Below are positions 37,916-47,590 of a stretch of 64,000 nucleotides of DNA, one piece after another. Every line of letters begins with the position of its first letter. Position 1 is the first letter of the stretch. The notes under the pieces were generated by a model. That model searched no databases, was not told the DNA's origin, and saw only the letters and a list, made by a program, of their open reading frames with translations. Position numbers and translations under genes: made by a program. Source of the stretch: Marsupella aquatica (taxonomy: Eukaryota; Plantae; Marchantiophyta); NCBI GenBank assembly GCA_973895155.1, contig OZ316895.1, forward strand, positions 8,730,184 to 8,794,183. Reading direction: 5' to 3'.

Positions 37916-40900
37916 ATGTCGAACAAATCAAAGTCGTCTGGTTCGACCGAATCTTCACGGACGTCTATCGTCGATGAGATTTGGAAGAAGGACCTTTACA
38001 CCGAGGAGAAACTCGTGAGGAATAGGTGGTACTTCAGGGATGCCCGGGCGATGGATATTCACAGAGCCTATGACGGTCCAGCGGTGTGGTTGGTTATAGT
38101 TAAGGGTAAAGACCATTGCCATTATGGATTAGTCGTGGACACTGGGGAGGCAGATATCACCGACGCAAAAACCAAACAGCTGAAGAAGATTCTAATGTAC
38201 CTTTGCATTCTTCCGAACAATGCCTTCACTGTAGTTGTCCTCAACTACGAGAAACTCGATCGGGTCTCGATGAACACATTTCCTGATGACCCGATCTGCA
38301 AGCTAATTTCGGACAAAGATTGATGACTTTTCTTATTGGTGTTTGAAATTTGTCTTGAAGTCTTGGAGGGTTGTTGAGGAACTTACCAAGGTAGCATATA
38401 GGTCCGTCATTGGAGCCAACTTTGGCGTCAAAGAGCGTCCTCTGAAGTTGAAAGTGACGAAGCCTACCGATCCGGCTTCGAAGTCAGGGGAGATGTCTAG
38501 AACACCCTCGATAAAGGAGAAATCTGCCATAGTTTCTTTTAAGGAACCGGCAAAAGGAAGCTTGCAGATCAACTCTCCGGGGAAGGTTCTAAAGCAGCGG
38601 TGTCAGGAGAAGCTGCTGGCAAGAAGAAATTGGATCGACGTGACATCCAGAAGCGCGCACCATCTGCACCCGGAAGTGTTGTCTCATCTTTGGTCCCAAC
38701 AATTTCACAAACACCATCTCAGATTCCTTCAACTTCATCAGGTGGGCCTTCTCTATCATCTAGGGGTGTTGTGAAAGAAAAGAAAAACGATTCAACAGAT
38801 ATCACCACAGCTTTGCAGCGGGAAGAGACACTTGTGGTTCATGAAGAAGTGTCTCGGTTGATGGAGACCAAGAGAGTTCAGAAGACAATTGTTATTCTGA
38901 AAACAACTAACCTGCTTCTTGTTGACGATATTGACGACAAGAACTCAACTTTGGTTCGAACAGTAGATCGGTTGCATGTGGAGAACATCAAGACTTTGAT
39001 GAAAATGAATCCAACAAATTTCACCACGCCATTTGTCTTGTTTGTGATCCCCAAAGACTGCCCGACAGTGACAGATTGGGACCCAGAAAAGGCAACAAGC
39101 TGGAGATATCGAGTGATTGGAGGTAATCACGGTGCTCGGGCTAAGAGAGAATTGTATCAGGCTTATGGGAGAGAGATCTTCAATGAACTCCAAGCTTGGG
39201 TGTATGCTGGTCTCACAAGGGAGGACATTCAGAAACTTAGCATCCAACATAATATTGATCAGGAGTACAGGAAAAAAATGAACAACATTGATCAAATCCG
39301 AACAATGCATAAGATTTTCCTTGCCAGAGGTATGGCAAAAACCAAGGAGACTAGAGAAGCATGTGCGATGGAGGTTTGCCTCGACGGGTTTTTTCCGGGG
39401 GACGCCACAAGCCTAAAGAAGCATGAACCTCTCTTCCAAATTGCGTTTAGGTCGGGTAAGGTCTGGGAACTCCAAGACCAGATCTTTGAGATGTGGAACA
39501 AGTTGGAGATCAAAGGGCAGAATAAGTAGAAGTCATCGATCAAGAAACTCAAGAAAAAAGGAAAAGCGCAGTCGATTCCAAAAGCTTTGAATAAGCTTGC
39601 AGGGGGCCTTACCCTGACACCTTGGAGAGCAATCCAGGGAATTGAACACGACCAATTTTTGGAGTCCCTTCTTCTACGAGTGAAGGACCGGATGATCTCT
39701 TTGGAGCAGATGGCAAAAGAAGCCAAGAGTTACAAGAAACTTGTGAAAATCAGCAAGCTTTTTGTTCAGTTATCAGGGCAGCCACACTGGGCGACTTGCA
39801 AATAAATGTTTCCAAAAGAAATAGAATCTGCCGAGCTCGAAAGATGGAGTGGGAAGTTGTCCGATGTGGTATGTTCTCCCCTTCCATTGATTGGACTTTT
39901 CTCGGATTCACTTGTGTTTATTTGATGTTTGTGATGTTTCAATGAGGTTTTGCTTGGTCGAATGCAAAGTGGGATACGGCGTATCCCATCTCGGATTCAA
40001 TTGTGTTTATTTGACGTTTGTGATGTTTCAATGAGGTTTTTGCTTGGTCGAATGCGAAGTTGGATACGCGGTATCCCATCTCGGATTCACTTGTGGTTAT
40101 TTGACGTTGGTGATGTACCAATGTGGTTTTTACTTGGTCGAATGCAAAGTGGGATATGCGGTATCCCATCTCGGATTCACTTGTGTTTATTTGATGTTGG
40201 TGATGTTTCAATGTTGTTTTTGCTTGGTTGAATGCGAAGTGGGATACGGGGTATCCCATCACGGATTCAATTGTGGTTATTTGACGACGATGATGTTTGA
40301 ATGGGGTTTTTGTTTGGTTGAATGCGAAGTGGGATATAGGGTATTCCATGTCGCATTTGTCGTCCAGATTTGATTGTTTAAATGCCCAAATGGTTCTCCC
40401 CATTGTCTTTTCTCTGGATTCCTTTAACAAGTTTGCGTTTGCAGTTGAAAACTTTTTCGAAGAAGAAGAACAATGATGCAATTGGTGCCGATGCGGTTGA
40501 GAAGCCTTCGGAGGAGCTGACTTCGAGTGTTATTCCCCGGGGTTTAAGAATTATGTTCAAGAAGCGATTGAGAACTACAACCGTCATCGTGGGATTGAAA
40601 CGGTTGAAGCAGAGTCGAGTGACCATCGATGGAAAAATGCTGATGGAAATTTCATCAGATATACATTGCATTGTGGAGATGTCAAGGCGCTGGATAAGTT
40701 TGTAGAGAAAAGGAATTACACACTTGCAATTGGAGACATTCCCTATGGATTCAATGCGCTTGGCTCCAAAAATGATGAGGTCCCATTTTCAGAGAGTGAT
40801 ATTGTGGATATGGTGAAGTGTTTTGCCAAGGTGACAAGTTCAAAGATGTGGAGGTTTGTTGTGATTCACTCTTTGCAGCAAACTTGGTCTGTGATGAATG

Positions 40901-41538
40901 CCCTGGGAAAAACTTGTAATGCAGGTGTAGAGGCTGGAATTTGGGAGAAGCCAAATGTACATGCTCATCCTTCGGGGAATCGATTGGCTTGGGCTTTTAA
41001 AAACTGGTCAATCGGATATTATCACGAGAGTGGTATTAGGACCAGAGACATGTACAATTTTGAACATGATGAGAAAAGGGTAAACATCATAAAAGTCCCT
41101 TATGTTACAAAGAAATGTGTAACACCATTGGGGGAAATAGTGAACCCTTACCAGAAGCCGATAGCTCTAGCAGATTGGTTCATTCAACATTTTAGTGAAG
41201 CAGGGGATTGGGTTGCTAATTTATGTGCGGGGAGTGGTTCGACCTCATGCGCTGCCTTGTTAGGGAAACGTCCGGTGACAGCCGTGGAGCTCAGTTCAAG
41301 CCAGGTGGATTGTATCCGGACCCGACTTGTCACGCTGGATGAATCGTGGGACTTGAATGATGAAGCAACAGAGGAGGGTACAGGACCCATAAGCTTCAAG
41401 GTTCAACCACCTATTGGTGGTACTATGAGCACCCTGACCACTGGAACTTGCATCATTACAACCGCGGAGGAGAACAACAATGATGAGGATAAAGAGGATG
41501 AAGTGGAACATGAAGCTCCGACACTTGATCTTGGCTAG
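37916..41538 (+). pseudogene. ParB/Srx-like domain fused to a beta-class (N6-adenine/N4-cytosine) DNA methyltransferase
   Basis: ParB-like RTVDRLHV...PFVLFV...YRVIGGNHG...QAWVY in ORF 38600-39529. Intron 39869-40444 (phase 0). MTase LHCGD, motif IV-like LAIGDIPYG, then YQKPIAL..WFIQHFS..GDWVANLCAGSGST..AAL.GKR...VEL (motifs X-I-II), i.e. beta order. Lesions: frameshifts at ~38317, ~38580 and ~40535, stops at 39527 and 39803. Confidence 0.85.
39900..40360. repeat. Array 3 of ~45-bp palindromes (89-90-bp tandem units x5) inside the ParB-MTase intron
   Basis: GTCGAATGC(A/G)AAGTGGGATACGGCGTATCCCATCTCGGATTCA(A/C) repeated at ~39957, 40047, 40137, 40227 and 40317. Confidence 0.93.
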
Positions 41539-41665
41539 TTCCTTGAGGTGTAGACTTTAGTTTAATTAGTTCTCTCATGTTGTATCTATTGATCCAAACT
41601 TGTGAAATATTGAGGAAGATTATGATTGGACTATGTTCTTATTTCACAAAGTAATATCTTTGCAG

Positions 41666-42576
41666 GAACCAAAGGAGGATTTTTTATTGAAACATGTTCT
41701 GCATAGATTCTCACACAATCCTTCTAGTGGGTTTCTTTTGGACAATAAAATATTGAGCCAACTTGAACCCGGTCAATATTTGGGTGATGAAATAATGGAA
41801 TTTTACCCACAATTAATAACCGAGGAACATGGAGATCTGGCTCCCTCAGTAAACACATTATCCTCTTTTTTTTACCCTTGGCTTATTTCAAGGACTGAAA
41901 CAGAACCAGCTGAGACCTTGTTGGAATCAATTCAAAAGATGCAGAATTATTACAAGCCACCATTTTCCCAAATTGAGGTCATTCTCATGCCAATTCACAT
42001 GAACATGCACTGGAGTCTGGTTGTAATATGTTTGGATCGGATTGAATCTTCGATCAAAATGTATCATCTAGACTCTCTTGCCGGTCTATACTCAACCCAT
42101 GTAATTGGATCAATACTGAGCAGGTATGTATATATTCTATTATATTTTTTCCATTTTAAATTATTTATGTGGTATATAAATATAAACACTTTGGACTAAG
42201 AACTTGAATGATAATATGCAGATATTTTACAATGGAATGAGAATTATTTTTTGGAAAAGTTCCAATGGGAGTTGTGGAGATTTACAATCCAATGGTAAGG
42301 ATTTGAAAAGTTATTTCAACTTTTATTTAGTTCAATTATTAAACACTTTGGACTAACTTTAAGATTCTTTCTCAGGTACCTCAACAACCAAACAATTCAG
42401 ATTGTGGTCTATTTGTTCTTCAAAATATGGATGAAATCAGAATTCAATGGCATATTACACAATGCCTTGATGCACAGTCTTTATTTACCAAAAAATGGTA
42501 CAACTCTAAAAGAGCATGTAACCTTAGAAAATTCATTCGAGATCAAATTCTAAAATTGATGCATGTACCTGTTTAA
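41666..42576 (+). pseudogene. Ulp1/SENP (peptidase C48) SUMO-protease domain, three exons; probably the C-terminus of the ParB-MTase gene
   Basis: LEPGQYLGDEIMEFY, LSSFFY, ILMPIHMNMHWSL (His), YHLDSL (Asp), VPQQPNNSDCGLFVL (Gln/Cys). Exons 41666-42123, 42222-42294 (stop plus frameshift) and 42376-42576. Confidence 0.88.
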
Positions 42577-42587
42577 GGACATCAATC

Positions 42588-45500
42588 TCAATCCTTTGAG
42601 TGTGCAGAACCTCGCTCTAATATAGCAGACTCTATAATTTTTTTAGTTTTTGCTGCTATTTGATTAGTACTTAAAAGCGCAAAGTTGTATGCATACACCG
42701 CTGTTGATGATAGAACTAGTTCATCTTGGAGAAGTCAATTAGATATATTATCTTTCTCTGAAAAATATTTCCCATCAATAGCAGACTCAGCACTTGCCTC
42801 AGTTGTGTACCATGTGATTTTGATTCTCTCAGGAATGTCTGCAGTTCTTGTCAAAATCTTTGACACCTTTGCCATCCAAAACAACTTGCCTTCTGGATCC
42901 TTGTGTGCCGCTACACATATCATGGACCACTTATTGTTAACTTCCATATCTCTAAAATCTCCAAATTCAGCTTGCTTTCGTCGAGGTCCGGAGTACATAA
43001 TTCTCTGTGGTCCAGCAACTTTGTCAACCAAAGTTGGATCAACACCTTCTTCAACAAGTTCATTTCCCACCCTTGGAAGTAGTTGTGCACCTTGATTTTG
43101 TTGCGGCCAAACCCACTCAAATAACCACTCACCTTCCTCTAGGTGGTTTTTGATAATATCTTTTTGTTTCTCAAAAAAACTCATCCATCAAAGTTTGTCT
43201 TCATTGTCAAAGTAATTGAAACCTTCCTGAATAGTTTTTTCATATTTCACCAGAGTAGTTAACGCACCATCTGTATTGGAAGAATCATGGACATCATCCC
43301 TCTCAACACCTTTTGCTGACTTCAGTGACATTTGTGCAGCAACCCACATTCTTGAAGTTGGAATGTAATTGACAAATGTCACTGCATCTCCCCAATCCTG
43401 GGTCGTGAAAAGATATTTCACGTGGAATGTTGTCTCTTCGTTTCCATCCTCCATGACTCGTTTGAATCTGAATTGTCTTTGAAAAGTTATGAGATTGAGA
43501 TCTCTCAAGACTCTACCTGAGACTCCCTTCTCATTTGGCTGGTCGGTTTCATTGACAAATTTTCAAAAACCGGCTACTTCATCCATAAATATGATCAAAG
43601 CTTCAGGTGAATATGCTTGTCGAATAATATCCTCAAGAGTCTCCAAGCGAAATGCTTTGTGCTTGTTTAACCTAGATGAAAATTTACTAAACATCTTATC
43701 TATCTGGTCATGTGTATGACCGACCAACAAGAAACCCACTTTAATCTTGTCAAAAATCTTCAAATCTACTAACATGTGAAGATAAGCCATCAAGAATTTA
43801 TTATTGTTTCCCTAGTGCTATTATCTAATTGAAGATATAACACTCTTGGTAATGTCCCATCCCATGTATTCAATACATTTTGAATAACATGTATGGTCAA
43901 GTTTGCATCATTATGGATATTGTGATATGTCAAAAATACTTTTGCTGCAAGGTTCCTGTTGAAGATGAGACAACCTACAACATGTATTGGAATGAAATAT
44001 TTTTCATCCATGTTCTTCGGACAATGAAGAAAATGTGGTAGCTCTGTTTTCTTTTGATCCATACCATCTATACAAATACCCAAATACTTGTTGGGCTCAT
44101 CATAGCATTTTTTACGATGCTTGGCTAACTTCATCCTTTCCAATGATTGTACTTTTTGATGCTCCATAAGGGCATTGATTTACTTTCCTGAAATGATACA
44201 ATAGCAATGAATTAAAAATCAATAACTAAGGATAAACTTTGACAAATATTGAAGTACATGTCATCAAATTAAAGTTGAAGGTTATAGTTAGTGGAATTTA
44301 CTTTTATCCTCTTCAGTTGTTGCTTTGTCCCGAAGAGCCTTGAATTCAGTACAAGGACCACAAGTAGAAAATCGACTCCTTTTAGGAATTCGTACATTTG
44401 GAAACTTTTTTTCCAAACATGCAAAAAATAAGAATATGTAACTTGTTGTTCTTCTCGCAACATTGTTTCAGCTTCAAAGATTCCATGTATCTCTTGCTTT
44501 GTCCAATTGTCTGGCAAGTGATGAATCTCTTTATGGGGAAGACTATCCATATTTTTTTCGAAAAAATCTTTCAACCATTCCACTAGGTTTAGAAATGAAG
44601 GTGAGTCTTCCTTACAAAAGGTATCTCGTTCAATCCTTGTAAACATGTTTGCATGGATTGTTGTCAATCTATTATTACCTAAAGAATATAGTTTCTTGAA
44701 TCCTCCTCTACATATAGGTTGTCCATTTACACTATATCCACGAGAAGTACTACTACTGTTCATGATACAACCTCGTAGCAAAATATTTTTCTGCAAGTGT
44801 TTAAGACCAAAATAATACTTGCGTTGTTTTGAGCATTCCTTTAGACCCAGAGACCTCAAGCAAAACTTGTCACAACAGGGATACTTAAAAATATCTGTAA
44901 TTTTGCGTTTTTTTAGATTTGCAATGGTAAGTCTATCTTTTCTAATCATCTGATCTCTGATTTTTTTGCTGGGTCTTGTCACCTCTACTCTATCCTGAAT
45001 AGTGTCGGGAGAACTTACCCCCCCACTATTTTCTAGTGAATTAGAATTCAAAACAAAAAGATCTTCTGTAGAGTTGTTTCCACTCTCCACATTTTCTGTA
45101 ACTGTTTCATGAACAATCTCACATCCCAGGATCTCTTCAACAATATTTGAGATTATAGCAGTCTCTCTATCATTTGCAGCCGCCTCTGATCTCTCTTCAG
45201 AGTCTTCAGAAAATGTAATAGGTGTTCGGAGATTTCTAGTTTGAAATCTTCTAATGATATTCACATCTTCAGTCACAATACCGCCCACTTGTCTCTAAGA
45301 CTGTAATCCCAGCCTAGGTGATTCTTCTCGACTTGAGGGCTCATCTTGACCATTAAATAATCTTTGGACAAGTTTCAATTTAGCATGTGCCCTTGAATTT
45401 TTGGGCCCTCTCTCCGGCAGCTCACTTCACAACAATCTCCAAGGAATTTTCTGGACACTAGATCTCTTCCCTCTTTCGTTCTGCACTTGCCGTCCAATGG

Positions 45501-46453
45501 AAGATCCAAAAACCTCACACTGCATCCTCGCCAAAGGGCTTCGAAGCCCCATGTTGTTAGTTTGACCATTCGGTGAAATAACCGATGGGAATACCGATTG
45601 GGATCCATGGATCCCAACTCGTATTCGTCCTTCGGGACTTTGAAGTGAAAACTTTCATAACAGTAAGTGGGAAAGTAAGTGGGAAAGTAAGTGGGAACTG
45701 GGATCCACGTATCTCATTTCGCATTCCATCATCGGAACTCGGGTTGGAAGTCCGCAAGACCAGTGACTCGGGCACAGGATTCTGCAAAATACCACGAGGG
45801 AATACTAAGTGGGATCCATGGATCCCACTTCGTATTTGACCCATGAAATTGGTACTGAAGGAGACGAAGTAGGCAATTTGCATTCACCGTTTCTCAACAT
45901 TCGAGTAGGGAATACCAAGTGGCACGGATCCCACTTGGTATTTGACCCACCAAATTTGGCTTTGAGGCTGCCCCTCCCTGCAATTCCGGCACATTCGGAC
46001 TCCTCATTCGCTCAAACTGTGATTGAACACTGGACACAGCTATCTTCACTCCCGGAGAACGAGACATTGGAAAAACCAACGGAGATCTTCGGGCCTACAT
46101 GGTAACGTTGTTCTTGGCATTAAAAACTGGGGTCTTCGTCTTTGAAGATCTGTCGGGGTTCGCGGAGAACCAGGTGTCTCTGTCGTAGGAACTACATTAG
46201 GCTTCTTTACAAGTAGACGTCGTTTAAGAGGTTTACTTGGAGAGACATAGTATGAAATCGGAGCACCCACAACACTCCTACAAGACTTTGAATCGGACTC
46301 TGATTTCTCAGATTCCGAGGAAAATGAAATCTCTAGCACTACTCTCTGTGAGGCTGGTAATTCATTCATCAAACGAGATGGAATAAATTTTCGAACAACA
46401 TCTGGCAAAGATGCATCTGAACTGTAAATTGACTCATCACTTGAAGATGCCAT
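42588..46453 (-). pseudogene. Sola-like / DUF7869-type DDD transposase, spliced and frameshifted
   Basis: Cys clusters CCDKFCL, ICRGGFKKLY, FSTCGPC; catalytic motifs GICIDGMDQ, LYLQLDNSTRE, FLLVGHTHDQID. Probable first exon MASSSDES at 46453; stop at 42588-42590. Confidence 0.85.
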
Positions 46454-46992
46454 AGATAATCAAACAAGGGTTGTATAGGAGTACGTATTCCTATCCAACA
46501 GAGATACTTCAGATTATAGTATTCTATGAAAACAACTACTCAATAGTGAACGAACCTCAAAGTAATCGCGAGAAATGACGATGAAAAACAAATGCGAGCT
46601 CTTCCTTTTATAGTTTTTGGGGGCATTGTACACGTGGCATTCCCTGATTGGTCCGTACAAGGGTTTTTTCAAGTGAGAGTCTGTCTTTTCCAGGACTGCT
46701 GAAATTTAAATTGTAGATTTTCGAGGAAGTCGCCGTGGATCCGAGTTGGTCTTCAAACTGGAATATCAAGGTATGCGATGCAAAAACTTCAAAATGTAGA
46801 GGTTAAATACTAGATCCCATCTAGTATTCATCCTCCTATTTTCCCGATGAGTTTTTAGACTTGCAAAAAAAATGGGATCCATGGATCTCAGTTGGTATTC
46901 ATGTCGAAAGATCTCCTGATGCAAAGTTGCAGGTGGAAAACATTGAGGTTGAATACGAGAGTGGATACTTGGATCCCGTCTCGTATTCATCA
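45585..46992. repeat. Variant palindrome family (core TGGGATCCATGGATCCCA) around the transposase 5' region
   Basis: Copies at ~45589-45626, 45801-45836 (perfect 24-bp AAGTGGGATCCATGGATCCCACTT), 45911-45942, ~46800-46830, ~46872-46900 and ~46948-46990, with the same GAATAC...GTATTC outer arms as arrays 1-3. Confidence 0.8.
46606..46651 (-). promoter_or_regulatory. Putative Pol II promoter of the transposase (CCAAT, G-box, TATA)
   Basis: On the minus strand: CCAAT (46651-46647), GCCACGTG (46638-46631) and TATAAAA (46612-46606), in order, ~150 bp before the ATG at 46453. Confidence 0.45.
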
Positions 46993-47590
46993 TGCGTTAT
47001 GGGCTAAAAAAATTCCAAACATGTTGTCAGGTTAACTTAACTAATTGTGTGGATCGACTGTAGTCCGCGGTTAGTTTTTCGCAGTTTTTCGGTTTACCGC
47101 AGTTAAAATTTCAAATATTTTTAACCCGAGGTTAAATGGAAGCGTCAAGAGAATGATTTGGTGCGGTTTTGTCAACAGTTGAATCCGAAATGGGATACGC
47201 CGTATCCCATTTTCAGTTTGCCATTTTGAAGGCGAAAATGAAATCTTGTGTTTTCTTCATTTTGTTTGACTCTCGGATTTAGCTTTTAGAGGATCACGTG
47301 AAAAGCATTGTTTTTCTAGGTTTTGGAATTTGCCCTTTTTTTAGATGTAGTGTATCGGAATTCTGGATTGTAACAATTCTTTGTTTTTGTGTCGACAGTA
47401 TCTCAATTTGAAATCCGATGTTGGATGCGATTTTGGATTCATCCTCAAAATAGCGTTTTTGATCTTAATTTTAGTGATTTTTTGCCATTTTTCGCGAAAT
47501 CAAAAACACACTTCTCGTTTGGTGGTCATACTTCTTGTTTGGTCCGTCACTGTGTTCTTCTTTGTCTTGCAACATTATAACATTTGGTAC

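Larger units (their letters stand above)
34809..47556. mobile_element. 12.7-kb Sola-like (DDD) cut-and-paste DNA transposon with cargo genes
   Basis: 35-bp TIRs AACACAGTGACGGACCAAAC(G/A)AGAAGT(G/A)TGACCAC at 34809-34843 and 47522-47556 (2 mismatches). 4-bp TSD CTTC at 34805-34808 and 47557-47560. Internal DDD transposase. 4-bp TSDs are characteristic of the Sola superfamily. Confidence 0.88.

Noticed and set aside
37616-37977. Repetitive ORFs (KWDTAYPISH / GYRVSH), also at 35565 and 39939-40481
   Set aside because: Translations of the palindrome arrays; open on both strands because of DNA symmetry and located in introns.
35310-40360. CRISPR-like appearance of regularly spaced palindromic repeats
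   Set aside because: Spacers within each array are homologous to one another (tandem units), there are no cas genes, and the context is eukaryotic and intronic.
37916-41538. Bacterial/phage contamination as the source of the ParB-MTase
   Set aside because: The gene has GT-AG introns and sits inside a TIR/TSD-bounded element nested in a plant MULE intron.
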